Assembly: GCA_013239625.1 (NCBI GenBank)
Contig: MU056000.1
Span: forward strand, 11,917,175 to 11,981,174
Length of the DNA: 64,000 nt
Direction of reading: 5' to 3'
Origin: Lama guanicoe
Taxonomy: Eukaryota
This document shows, one piece after another, positions 24,405-38,800 of this stretch; positions within the stretch are counted from its first letter, which is position 1; each line of letters starts with the position of its first letter. Under the pieces are notes generated by a model. That model saw only the letters and a list, made by a program, of their open reading frames with translations, was not told the DNA's origin and searched no databases. A program made the position numbers and the translations under genes.

Positions 24405-26065
24405 GTTCATACCATCAAGTCTTGAGTTTGCCTCTTTGTAAGCGTGTCCAGTGACTTGTAACATATTCTTTAATTACTTGAATTATTCAACTTCTTGTTT
24501 TCCCCTCAAAGAAGAAACTAAAAATACCTTTATACTTCTTTACTTCATGGCCAAGAATATTTTTAAATGAAGAAACATACACATCAAAAAAAAAAAAACC
24601 TGGTGACAAACTACTTTATAAATATGTGACTGTATTTTTCTTCATGTCCAGAAACTCTTACTGAATAGAATTCAGATATGTCCCTCCCAAACCCACACAG
24701 TTCATAGATCTAACACCAGATTTTCATTTGTACCAAAACAGGCAAGATAATGAAGGCACAGGCTCACTTTAAAGGACATCACACACAGTCATGAGGCACT
24801 AATGACACAGAAACAGAGTCAATCACGAAAAGCAGGTGTTCAGAGTCTTCAGTTACTTCTCCCCTTTAACATTTGGCAAAGTTCCATCTAGATATTTTAA
24901 TACCTCAGAAAGAAAAAAATAAATAAGAGATGCTACATTAAAATGTCAGAGGACCTATCATTAGTCTTTAGAAATAGCAAGAAAGGGATAAAATGAAGGG
25001 AGGGGACCACAGATTTCCTATATTCTGGGACAATCCTTCCTTTCTGAGGGCCTCAGATGTCTGTACGCATCTGTCCAAATGCCAGCTGTACCTGAAGATT
25101 GAAGAGATGGCTGGTAGTTGCTGACATGGTCCCTCAACACGATTCAATGTTTCTATCACAAAAACAAAACTAGCCTGATGTCTGCTCTTGAGTCCTTTGT
25201 TAACAACCTGTCAAATTTGGTTATTTAAAAGTCATCTCAGAAGTTTAAAATAAAGGAAAAATATATCCTGGCTTCCTAAAACGAAACAGACTACAGATTT
25301 AGACTTCAATGGCAAATGAATACACTTGAAAGCCGAGCAGGTCTCCCTCCAGTAGGAGAGTCTACGCAGACTTCAAAAACAGTTACTGTTTCTCTACTGC
25401 CGATATCACATCACTCTTAGAACACATCAAGAGCTATTTGCACAGTTTTAAGAGACTTTTTCCATGACATAATATATGACAGATCAGGATTTAACCTAGT
25501 TCTGAACAGATAGAATAGATCTGCGCTTACAACATCCCTGTTACAAATATATGACAACTGAACAACAAAGCACAGCCCAATCTCTGTTTACATCAAAACC
25601 ACCCACCGTCTACATGATACTTGATTACTTGCTGTGGGTTAATAGCACCCACTGCTAGGCTAGAGCTGGCAGTCCGTGGGGCGTGTCATTTACAGGGAAA
25701 CCTAAGGTCTGTAACTGCAGAAATCACATGGAAATGTACCAGCCTATTCAAAGTGGTTAAATATATTCTTTTAATTTTTCCTAGGAAATTAATTTTGGTA
25801 GTCTCTCCCAAGTCTTTCAACTAAAGAGACCTTGGTCATTTTTGTCTTTTTATGGTTTCAGGTATTAGGAACAATGGAGTTGATATAGCATGTATTCACA
25901 ATTAACTGTTAACATTTCAGTAAGTTACAATAAGCTGTTTTTGCATGCTTGAAAAATTAACTGTGAAGAAAAAATAAGGAATACTTTTGGGGGGATCTCA
26001 ATAATTGAGTGTTTTCTTTTTGCTTTAAAAACAACCTCTAATATTCAACTCTGACAACACGGTGA

Positions 26066-26066
26066 G

Positions 26067-26102
<36 letters not shown>

Positions 26103-26117
26103 TATATACATACACAC
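26066..26117. repeat. (TA)n / (CA)n microsatellite in the RETREG1 3'UTR
   Basis: tatatatata...tatatacatacacaca seen directly. Confidence 0.9.
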
Positions 26118-26364
26118 ATGAATAAAGTTCATTTCCATGCTCATTACATAAAAATAACTATCAGAAATATCACTCTATCAGTGGTCAGCTGATATATATC
26201 CAATTAATTCACTGCAGAAGGGAAAAAAAGATCCAAAAATTCTAAAGTAATCAGTAAAGCTCACAGTTCAAAAAGATTTTTTTTCCTTTTTTTTTTTCTT
26301 TTTTTGCTTGTTTGAAATGTTTTGGTAGTTTATCTGTGCTCTGTTGTGCAAGCTGATTCCCAGA

Positions 26365-26858
26365 CTAATGGCCTCCAAGCAGGTTTGAAAGGAAGCCCGA
26401 AGACTTCCTGTTTTGCTGGGCTTCTTCCTCCTCGTCTTGTGAAAGTCCCAGTTCACTCTCAATTTGATCGAGCTCTGACTGGTCAAGTAGTTCAAAGTCA
26501 TCACCTTCTTCCGTGTCTGTGTCCTCCCCCAGGCTGGGTGCAGCCTGCGACAGTGTGTGCTGCACGCCCCCTAACTGGTCTTTGATAGCTGCGGTCACTG
26601 CGGCAGTGATGACATCCCCAGCCAGGTTGCTCATCAAGTGAAAGGTCTGGTCACTGCCCAGGGGAAGGGTGAGACCAGCCGCTGACTGCCTCTCTTTGCT
26701 CGGCCTGGGACCACTGTCCAGCTGTTCCTTTTTCCTCCTGAGCTCAGTGGGCAAGCCAAGGCTTAATTCATCTTCATCATTTGTTCCCGTGCCATTTTCT
26801 AGAGAGGGAAAATCTGAAAGGTCTCGAGAGAAAACTTCCTCACTAGGTCGGTCGAGAT
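26365..26858 (-). CDS. RETREG1: RETREG1 exon 9 (last coding exon; LIR motif DDFELL at 26502-26485)
   Basis: ttcacag|[30 protein letters not shown]...[23 protein letters not shown]...[13 protein letters not shown] at 26367-26365; 494 nt. Confidence 0.96.
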
Positions 26859-29800
26859 CTGTGAAGCACAGAACAGAAGTTTATACTTAAGCACGAAATA
26901 CACTGGAAATAAGAGCGCTGTCTGCAAGATCCCTGACTTGGGTCCGAATCCTCTGGGCAACCCTGGTGTTCAGCTGGCCTCCTGGCTCAGCTTCAGTCAT
27001 CTTAACCACACATCGGACCCCTCCCCCAACTGGGATACTGTCTCTCCACACGTACACAAACACGACATTCCTCTGTGTCCTTAGTTCCCTCTTAAACACA
27101 AATGCTGATGACTTACAATTCAACCTATCTTAACATCAGCTGAGGCTCTGACTAGAGTTTTAAATATTCACCAAAATTTCACCTTGCTCTTGGGGAGGGA
27201 ATTTGTTCTTAAGCCAATGTGAATGTGTATAATCTAAAATTTAAAAATTTTCAGTCGGACGTTTTCATAGGTTTTGGTCCAGCAGATGGTGAGTATCACC
27301 CAGCCTTCGCATCTTCATTCATGGAAATCTATCTGAGTATCTGTAACTGTGTTTGTTTAAAGCAGTGAATTAAAAGAAGCTATTGCTCCTTCTGTTCCAT
27401 ATTCAACCTAAGAGCTTATGGAAACATCTGGATTTCCATGAATACAGCTGTACCTAACCATACCACTTTAACCAAACTCAGGTCTTGAACATATATAGAA
27501 ACACTTTAAGCTTTGGGATATTTGAAAGCAATGTCAGGTTAGTAGGTAGATGGTGATTTTATTGCTTTTCACTTTTCATAGCAAATCAGTATAACAGTTA
27601 ACGCTTTACAACAGATTTGAATTCTTCAGGTTAACTGTTTTTTGGGGGGTGGGCTGGGGGAGGAGGTAATTATTTTTGTTTATTTGCTTATTTTAATGGA
27701 GGTACTGGGGATTGAACCCAGGACCTTGTGCATGCTAAGCACACGCTCTACCACTGAGCTGTACCCTCCCCGAATTCTTCAGTTTAAGTAATGAAAGCCT
27801 TCTACATGGATGCGATTATCATTGCTCCTTTTGTGTAAATCTGAGATGGGGGGCTTAAGAACAGAGGGTTTGTTATTTATCCTGGTCTCGTAGACGTTTA
27901 CAACTTAAAGAGCTTGAGAAGACTTCAGTGATCCTGTTGTTCTAATACACTTTAAAGATGAGGAAATTGAGGTCCACAAAATTATGTCATTTGTTCAAGG
28001 TCACACAGTAAGTTAATGACAAAGGCAAGGCTACACCTGGGTCTTCCAATCTCCAAATCTGTATTTTTTCAAGACTACACAGCCTTCCCCCTTCCTCAAG
28101 GAAAAGAAGGTGTGTTCTTGCTTGTAAAACTATATTCAAAGCAATTTATTCATAATCCTCCATTATAATCTGTTTATATTTTCAGTATATTTTTCAGTAC
28201 ATTAAAATGACTTGAAATAATAAAATGAGACTAGCAAAAGTTAAGTTACTGCATAAGAATTGTCTCAAATTTCACTTTAAATTGTACTTAACCTAAATTT
28301 TTAAAAATAAAATAAAAAAAAAAACTAACTTGGAAGAAAAACATGAGAAAGCCTGGAGTCACAGCTTTGGATTCAGGAAACTTGCCCTCCTTGCACCGTC
28401 CCTCTGACCGAGGACCAGCCCTGAACACGCGGGATTAGTTTCTGTCCTCGCCGCTCCCACTACTGCTATCAGTAATGCCACCTGACATTCCAGAAGTTAA
28501 TTTTTTTCACCATCGATTATTTGTTTCCAAAATAAAGGCAGGTCTGGACATTGACTGGCTTAGAGTTTTTCTCTCATACTCTTAAAAAGAAGATGGCTTT
28601 TGAGATATAATTCATATACTATAAAATTTACCCTTTTAAAGTGTACAATGAAATGGTTTTTAATATATTCACAAAGCTGTTACAACTGCAGCACTATGTA
28701 ATTCTAGAACATTTTCATCATCCAAAGAGGAACATATTCATTACCAGTCACCCACCACCCTCTCTTGCCTCAGCCCCTGGCAGTCACTAGTCTTCTTCCC
28801 GTCGTATGGATTTGCCTGTTCTGGACGTTCCATATAAATGGAATTACATAATGTGTGGACTTGGGTGTCTGGCTTCTTGCACTAGCATAACGTGTTCAGG
28901 GTTCATCCGTGTTGTCAAAGTGTCAGTTCTTCATTTTTATAGCCAAGTGATATTCCATTGTGTAAATATCCCACACTGTCCATTCAGCAATTGACAAAGT
29001 TAAAATACTTTTGCATGCACTCATAATAACGAGAATCAGAGCACCTAGAAGCGTGGGCATACCGTCAGAAGTGTCGGTCTGAGGAGTGTAGCCTTCTGAA
29101 AGGTTGAAGGTCCCATTGTCCGTCCAGGTGACCTCGGACACGTCTGTGTCAGACACAGACAACTCTTTGGCGGCAGTCGTGAGGCTAATCTGTGTTAATA
29201 CAAATACCAGTGACACAGTTTTAAACTTCTGCCGGAAATCTTTTGAAAAGATCCAACTAACACCAAAAATGTCAGAATAATAAACACCAGATGGGTATTT
29301 TCCTTTCAATACTGTTCAATCATCTTAGATAAATAGGAGGAGTCTATTAAAATCATTCCAGTTCTGCAATACATAAATTTACAGTCAAACCACACAGGAA
29401 CAAATGGAAAACGAAACAAAAGATACCTTAGGACAAAGAGCGGAAAAGTCTAATTCACTATCCTCTTTGTGACTTTTTTCTTTATCTGCTTCTGTTGAGA
29501 AAAAATGGAAGCTTTCAGATTCCTGGACGCAGTGTATTTTACCCATTATATACCCTACCCCACATTCCTCAGATTCTCCAGTGCCTCTGTATAACTGTTT
29601 GCACCTGACAAACTGCCCATAAATGCGAATGTTTGGTTTCCAAGCAAAACGGTCCATGTCAGTAGTTCACCAAGTGTAGTCCTGGAACCAGCAGCATCAG
29701 CATCACTGGGAACCTTTTAGAAGTGCAAATTCCCCGGCCCTCCCCTAGGCCAAATGAATCAGAAATTCCGAAGTGGTGCCCAGCAATCTGTGCTTTCATA

Positions 29801-32800
29801 CGCTCTGGAGATGATTCGGATGCTCACTATAGTTTGCGAATCTATAAGGTCATAAGCCAAGTGAAAAAGTGAAAAAGTATCACATTACTTTTCCCTCTAT
29901 TTTCTTTGCCTTCCTCTTAAATGGCTCCCACACTCAGTGCTACCTGTATCATGTGTTATTTCCATGAGTCCACCCAAAAGAAAACAATTCAGAGAACGTG
30001 AATAGTAAGTAGCAAACACAGAACTGTTGAAGCCCTTTCTCCCTCCCCTGGCAATGCTGATCAAAAAGTCGATTTTCTGTATGTTTGAGAAAAAAATTAA
30101 AGCTTAAATAGGAAAAGGCTAGGGATTTGCTCCCGTAATATGTAGTAAAAGACTGAAACACCTTGAAATGTATTAAAGGTGATTTCATAATAAATAGCCA
30201 ACTGATGGCTCATTTCACGCGTGGAATACAGAATTCAAATGTTACCTACCGGCTCTCTCGCGTTTCTTCTGGTTAATATATTCTCTGATTCCAAAATCTA
30301 GTTTCAGCAGAAATGACTTGATTTTGCTGTATATTTTTTGTCCAATATCATTACACTTTAACAGTGGGCACAAAAATGCACACAGTACTGAAATACAAGG
30401 AAGAAGAGAATTTAGGGAGACTGACCTTTTTTTCAAAAGGCTACATTTTAGTATTTCTCAAAAATATTTTGGTTCCCTTACTGACTGATAGGTGTTTTTT
30501 CTTAGGGAAATGCCTCTGTGAAATAAATTCATAGTTTCTATTCTTCCCTTTGCAATGGAAACATTTTCTCCTGCACACACACACACACACACCCTCCACT
30601 CAACTTGGCTTCTCCCACTCAACTTAATTAGAGATTTATCCAGATTATTGCATATATCAATTTTTCAGTGCCGAGTAGTAATCCATTGTCATTGTTTTCA
30701 AAGACTTGCAGTTTGGTAACTCTCTCCCTTCAATTCTTTGCACCTCAAATTTATACAAAAATTACATGCTTTCCAGAAAACAATAGTGGATTAAAATATC
30801 AACTCTACTTATTTGTTAAATGCCATCTCATCATCGAAAAAGTTATTATTATCTATTAGCCCCTCATCCGTCATATTGGGATAATAACCTCATCTATTGG
30901 GGCTGCAGTGAAGAATAAATGAGATGAATGCAGACCATCGGAATAATGCCTTGCCCATTACTAGACTCTCCCAGACTCTGTTCCCCTTTACCTCCTAACC
31001 TAGGCAGATCAAGGGCTGATATTCTACATGAGTTCTACTTGGGAGAATGGATTTGAGCGCTGACCATCTGCCTTTTGTGCTGTGCATTAGGAACACAAAA
31101 AGAAATGAAGATCAACCCAATGAATGTATTGCATTCTTGATGTTTATTTTTTCATTATTGTTAGGAAATGTGACCATCTACTTTTTAAATAGGAGTTGCA
31201 AACTCAAATTTCTCTAGAAGACAAGGAGGCATGTGCACATTTTAAAGGCTGGTCCAAGAAAAATAGGGAAATACGAGGGTCAGTTAAGTGGAGAGCAGCT
31301 GCCCCATCCAAAGGTGGCAGGGCCAGGTCCTTATATTTTTCAGGAGAAGCAGGAATCTAAACTTTTTTACATCACTTTGAGTTATAGTTGACATATGATA
31401 AATTGCACATATTTAAAGCATACAATTTGATGTGTTTTGACATATGCATACAACAAAAAAAATCACCATGATGAAGATGGTGAATATACCTACCTGCCCC
31501 ACGCAGAGTTTCTTCATGTTACTACTAATCTGCGGGGGGCCACTCATGACCTGAGGACTGCCGAGCACAGAGGTTGGGCCTAAACTCCCACAGTGCAGGG
31601 CGTCAGGCTCTGAGGTTGATCTCTCAAGGACAATCTCTGTCCCGCCACCCCTTTGAGGAATGTGCCAGGTGCATTAAGGCCTGAAGGAACATCCTGAGCT
31701 ATTAAGTCACTAAGGACCTTTGGAAGGAGAGATACAATCGGCACGCAAGTTAGTGATCTTAGCCTGAAGAACAATCACCTGAGTAATAGTACACGAGTCA
31801 CGATGTTAGCTTAGAGGAACAATACCCTAGTTTATGATCTTGGTTTCAGGAATTCTTAATCTTAGTTTTATGAGAACTGTAAACAATAGTAAAGTCTGCA
31901 ACAATATACAAGTTAATGATTTTAGTACACGTTGTTAATGTACCCTAAAACAATACCTTTGCCTACATGCAGGAATGTATGAGCTAATGGGTTAAAATCA
32001 TATAAATTAACTGCTGGAAATAAACTCGTGGTCCACTCTTGACCTAGCATCTTGCGGGCTAGAGTGAGACCCTCTCAACCCCACCTTTTAGTCTTGTCTT
32101 TCTTTCTCAGTCCTGCAGCACAGGTTTTCTGGACCTGATCGATTGTCGGCTGGCTCCAACACTAATCCTTCTCTCCTGCCTTCCCTGCCCCACCCACCTC
32201 GTCCCCAGGCAGCCATTTATGTGCTTTGTCACTAAAGGTTAATTGGAATTATATATAAATGGCATATATAGTATGTACTCTTTTTTAACTTGGGTTCTCC
32301 CGCTGAACCTAATTATTTTGAGATTTATCCAGATTGTTGCATGTATCAATTTTTCAGCGCTGAGTAGTAATCCATTGTAAGGATATACCACAGTTTGTTT
32401 ACCCGTATATCCATTGATGGACATATGAATTGTCTTTTGGTTTTGGCTATTACAAATAAAGCTGCTTATGAACATTTGTGGACAAGTCTCTGTGTAGGTA
32501 GATGCTTTCCTTTCTCTTGGGTGGAATACCTGCTGTGGAATGGCTGGGTCACATAGTAGTTTTTAAGAATCTACCAAACTGTTACCCAAAGTGGTGGTTC
32601 CATTCTACCTACCCACCCACAATGCAGGAGCATTGCAGTTGCTCCGTCTCATTGCTAATACTTAATACAGTCAGCATTTTCATTTCAGCCATTTTGGTGG
32701 CGGTACAATGATGTCTCATTGGGGTTTTAATTATTTTTTGAGCTGCAGATCATGTACAAGGGGAAAAGTACTAGTGTGCTTGTCAGGGGTGGAGAATATA

Positions 32801-35800
32801 GCTTATTTATAGTTTTATTGACATAATTTAAAATTAATCACTTATAACCTTCCTTTTTGACAGCTATTCTTATAATTTTGAAACTGAAACATGTCTCTAG
32901 AAAAAAGAGAAACTTTGTACAGCAGGAAATTAAAGAATAATCAACTTGTTTTATAATCAAGAACGCATCCCTCCTCTTCAATACTATGGAAGGTCTTGTC
33001 GACCATAAAATGATACCGTATGCGTCACATACGTTAGTCACATGTTCTACTATACTTACACAGTAGATAGCTGAGTATAACCCCAGGAATGTAGCTTCCC
33101 AAGATCGTAAAAAATGTGCACACACTGCAGACCAGGAGACAAAACTAGAAATAACAGAAGTAACATGTGACCATTATGCATAACACCAAGACGTTTCAGA
33201 GCACAGGATACACACACAATTTCTCATCTATATTTGATCTATCATGTTATGACAAATGTTTTTCAAACAGTGTTCTTTTGCACTTAAATCTGATTAATGA
33301 CTGCTGTTTGATCTTAGCCACTTTAACATTCAGTAATAACCATTTCTAGGTTACTGAAGCTGATCTCTGGCACGAAGAATAACGTCTCCCATTAATCACG
33401 CCTGCAGCTGTATCACGGACAGTGCAAGAGGCTGGAAGAGTAGTGTGTGCCCAGAAACTTCTTTTTCTCAGGATCACTCACTGAAAACAGTGCAGGCCAA
33501 TAACGAAAGCTGCAAGTTCAAACTACTTCCGTAAGTCCATGAAAGTTCATAAACACAGCAAAACATGTTATAGAAATTAGAGGTATTTACATAAACACAA
33601 TATTAGTTTGCACAGCTGACAAGCGGCTGGGATAAATCTACTGGCCATGACTATCCTCCTTCTAACCACATCCATTCCCTCAAGTTGACCCCACTTCTAG
33701 GTCGCCTAGAAGCCAATGGCGAATGAAATCAAATTGCTACAGTGAAATTTGATTATGTTCTTTCTCTCTGTCAGTTACAGCCAAAAGAATCTTGGTTGTT
33801 TTAAGAAATTTAAATATCAAGGCAGAAAAATCCTCCCATAAAATCTATTTCTTTTCCACACTCTATTCTTAAAAATAAATTATCTTACTTCTTTGCGTTA
33901 TCTTTAAATTATGGCACTAAATTTAACTGATAAAGAAAATTCATTAAGGGAATTTCAAAACCAGTGGGGAGGGCATAACTCAAGTGGTAGAGCACATGCT
34001 TAGCACGTAGGAGGTCTTGGGTTCAGTCCCCAGTACCTCCTCCAAAAATAAGTAAACTTAATTACACCCCCCAAATGAAAACCTAAGAAAAAAAGGGAAT
34101 TTTGAAACCACACACGAGGAAAGGAGACCTAAATCTCTGATCAATGATTGATTACAAGAACCCTCGGGGGGGAGTCTAAAATTCAGATTAATTTTAATTT
34201 TTCATTCTTCGGCACAGGATTAATAAATTCACTAGCAAAAAGGAAAATAGATGAACTTGTTGGAACAAAATTAAGAACTATTTCTCAAACATCAGGGGCA
34301 CTGAAAAATATGAAATTCTAATAGCAAAATGGAAGAGGAAAGACCATAAAAGTTAAAAGAATAAAGAAAAGCATTACTACATCCAGAATTCAGTTTCACA
34401 AAAGGGATTTCATATTATTCTCTAAATTTGTAGCATCACCATCTTAGGCTAATTGACTTGGGGTATGTTAATGCCCTCCAATGCAGAAGTTTTAAGTACA
34501 GAATCTTCTAAAAATGCATTTAATCATTTCAGTAAAATAAGCATCAAAAGTACAACTCACCTCCCCCTACCCCCACGTGGATATCTATTCTAAAAACTGC
34601 CTTCAGATTTAAAAAATTTGTCCATATACAATGCTGCAACGTCAATGTGCTCAAAAATGTGTCCAAGTATAGTTCTGTTACTCAGTACCATTGAAGTTAA
34701 GAGATTTCCCGTAACATGGTACAAAGAGAGCGTAACGCCAAGGTTCCTAGGTTCTTCCTTCCAACTACAGGTGGACATTCAAGAAACATGACTACAACAC
34801 TGGAAGGGAGGGAGTGTCCTGATGTCCCTGGACCTCACCCGTGCTCTCAAGGTCAGCTGGATCTGCCTCTGCACATACAAATACTACAAATGGGTGCACT
34901 TCTCCACACAGTCCCTTTCAAACCACCCTTGACTTTTCTCCTAGTGGGTATTCATCTTAATTGGAAAAATACTCATTTCACTTATATAATCACTATGGAT
35001 GTTTCTGCCAAAGATTTTCTTTCTTAAGTAAATCATGTAAGAGTCTCCACTTTTTGGACTGAAAGTGAGACTCAGATACCTCCAAAAGCATCCTCCAAGG
35101 GCTGTGTGTTCATTTTATCTCCCTTTGACTTCAAAACCAGCCTATCAATGTTAAATACGTGTTTTTAATTGAAGCATAGTTGATTTACAATGTGTTAGTT
35201 GCTAGTATACAGCATAGGGATTTGGTTATACATATATATTCTTTTTCATATTCTTTTGCATTATAGGCTATTACAAGGTATTGAATATAGTTCCCTGTGC
35301 TGTACAGTAGGCCCTTGTTGTTCATCTGTTTTATGTATAGTAGTGTGTATCTGCAAACCTCAAACTCCTAATTTACCCCTCCCCTTCCTTTAAAATGAAA
35401 TTCCCAATAACACATTTTTTTTCTCCTTGGTCTGGCTGAGAAGATCAATCGCCATTCATTTTAGTTAATAAGCTCCATAAATCTATATAAAATAGGAAAC
35501 CAAGCCAATTGCAAAACATAAGGTTGAGGATTTTCTAGTGCTAACACACTAATATTTCTGGACCTATCAGTTTTTGTGGCACAGGTTCCCAGTATCTTAT
35601 ACAGAGAACTGGAGAATCCATACAAGCTGATACAATAGGTTAAGACATTGGTTTCCCACTGCACATTTTAAAGCACACACATCATTCTCCTTTCCTGGAA
35701 AACTTGCCTTGCCGGGGCTCTGCTGTTTAAAAAGAGACATTTCTTGAAGAAACAGGCTGAAATTCATCCATGATTCTGCAATACAGTGGCTGAGCCCAGG

Positions 35801-38800
35801 TCTCTCATCTGGTTTGGAATTGATAACTTCCCAGCTAAAGAGAGAAAAAGAAAAGAAAAAATTGTAACTGAACTTGGGGCGATTCACTCAACATTCTTTA
35901 TTTCAGCAAATATATATATATTGAGCGCCTCCTAGTGGCCACATTCCCTGGCTCCGTGAAGCTGTGTGACTTCAGAGATGAACAAGCCAGACACCTGTCC
36001 AAGGAAGCACACACAACAAGAGAAGAGACACAGGCTAAGCACCGAGTTCCACAGTGATCTGGTCACAGCGAAGGAAAAGTCTAGGGGGAGGGCTTTGGGA
36101 CATCTTCGCTGAAGATGTCACCTGTATGCTGCAATCTGGATTTGCACTATTTACCATAATGGCTTGGAAGGGTTCCAGACAGAACCTCACACAGCACATG
36201 CAAGAGGCCCCGGCGTGAGGAGGAGCTGGAGCCAGTGTGACAGCAGCAGAGCGGACCAGAGAGTAACTCCGTAAGAAGCTGGGACGGCAGGAAGGGACCT
36301 AATCATACGGGGCCTTCTGGGACTTGTAATCATTTTAAACTTAAGGATAGGGAAGCCACAGTACTTTTAAAGACACCTTGGCTTTAATCTTATCACCATC
36401 AACATCATGAACACCAACAAGGTACTTTCAGTATACAGCTGATCCCTGCAAAACACGGCAGTTAATCCGCGTATAATTTATTGTCGGCCCCTCGTATCTG
36501 CGGTTCCTCTGCATCCGCAGATTTAACCAGTGACACATCCTGTAGTATTTACTGAAAAACATCCACTATATGTGGATCCATGCAGTTCAAATGCGAGTTG
36601 TTCAAGGGTCAACTCCACACTAGGGCTGGTTAACTCAACAGAAAATTGTTAACTCAACAGGATCTCACAATATCCGGCATTTTTCTAGCCTGTCTTTTCC
36701 TGATCATCATCACAGAATGTGTTGAACGTGGTGCACGTGCCAGGCGTGTGCTGTGGGTCCCGCCCTCATTTCTCCACGGGAGACTCAGTGAACTAAAAAC
36801 TAGCAGCAGCCGCTCCAGGAAGAAGACGTGCAAATACTGGGCAGTTCCTAAAGTTACAATGACGTCAAGTTGAAATTCCCCTTGCAAACCTAACACATCA
36901 CCTAAACATACCAGTTCAAACAAGCTCTGTTAAGGGTCCCCAAATTCTTTCATTTCATGGATAATTTTCAGCGCCTACCACGTGGAAGGCACTGCCACAG
37001 AGCTAAGGAAATGACACTAACTAAACAAACGTGTCTAGTAGAGGACAGAGATCGTTAGTGAAGTGTCATCTGAGCTATGATTGCGAGGGCACGGGGGAGG
37101 GGATCGATCTCCTACCCAGAAATTGTGTCCATATAGATTCTGTTTCTTTTTAATAAAGTTTCAACACAAAGGTAATTTGTAAATTCAATAATTCAGTTTC
37201 TAAGTGAAGTAAGCCAGAAAGTAAGCCACTGTCATTCTAAGTGAAGTAAGCCAGAAAAAGAAAAATACCATATGAGATCGCTCATATGTGGAATCTAAAA
37301 AACAAAAACAAAAACAAACAAACAAACAAAAACAAAGCGTAAATACAGGACAGAAATAGACTCATAGACAGAATACAGACTTGTGGTTGCCAGGGGGGTG
37401 GATGGTGGGAAGGGATAGACTAGGATTTCAAAACTGTAGAATAGATAAACAAGATTACACTGTATAGCACAGGGAAATATACACAAAATGTTATGATAAC
37501 TCACAGAGAAAAAAATGTGACAATGAGTGTGTATATGTCCATGAATGACTGAAAAATTGTGCTGAACACTGGAATTTGACACAACATTGTAAATGATTAT
37601 AAATTAATAAAAAATGTTAAAAAATTCAATTTCCTTTTTAATATAAATTTGAAGTTATATTTAAGTGAGTGCAATAGCATTAAAAAAGAAAAAAAAATAC
37701 TTCTTGCCCTGCCTCTTTGTTCTCTCAGCCTTAGTTAGTTCTCTGCCGGAGAGTTTCTGAGCAGCCAGGTGTCCAGGCGGATGCCAGCCCACCAGGCAGG
37801 CACTGGCCAAATGATTTCCTGACTATGGTGAGAAATGAACTTTCAGGGACGTTTAGCTATAGTTTATGTATTCATTAACTCTACCCACTCTTGAATCACC
37901 GAGCAAGGCTGTTTACATCAGTGACCAAGTCTAGCCCTGGGTTTGCATATCCTACGAATGATTCCAGACCTATTAAAAGAAACAGTAAGTGTGTGGCTAG
38001 GAGGCCACTATCTGTAACACAGTCTTGCCAGTATGTCAGTTTAATGGGAAAAGATATTGTACAGGAAAGTCAAAGCCAAAATGGTTATTAAACTGTGGCT
38101 TTCTTTCTAGAACAATGTAGACTTGTTATAAATTGTCAAGGGTACACTAGGCTACTGCTCAGTATAATGGGACCACAAAGATGACAGAAATGCAGATTTA
38201 AATTTCTGTTCTCTATGCATATTGAGTAGTAATTTAGGATTTGGTTCAACCGTTTGGCAAATATACTTCTAACAAAAATCAACAAAAAACTTATAATGGA
38301 ATGGAACTATTTGATTATTATTTTAATGATTCAATGGGATGAATGAACATTTTGTATTTTGACACAAATTTAAAATACACTTTCATTAGGATAATGAACA
38401 AATCAAGTGAGTTGCCTTCAAACAATGGAAGATGGAACAGCAGTGGAAATGAAGGAACTCAGATTCCACGTCTGTACATGAGCCTCAGGATCATAATATT
38501 GAGAGGAAAGAAATCACAGAAGAACAAGACACAGAATGATTTCATTTACATAAAGCTCAAAATCACACTAACAGTTATTAAGCAAGGAAATGATAAAAAA
38601 AAACCAAAACAAGACAAACAAGATTCAGGAGAGGGGTTACCCCAGGTGGGGGGATCCAGGGAGCAAGACTGGAGATGACAAGTAGGAGCTTCTTGGGTAT
38701 TTGTCACTTTCTGTTTCTTAAATTAGGTGCTGAATACACGAGACCTGACTCACCATCCTTAAAGCTACACATATCTACACACGGATACACAGATGGTCTT

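Noticed and set aside
33966..34040. tRNA gene calls for the A/B-box sequences (also 27700-27771 and 59430-59496)
   Set aside because: They carry SINE tails, two have TSDs, and none has a proper acceptor stem; they are SINE heads.
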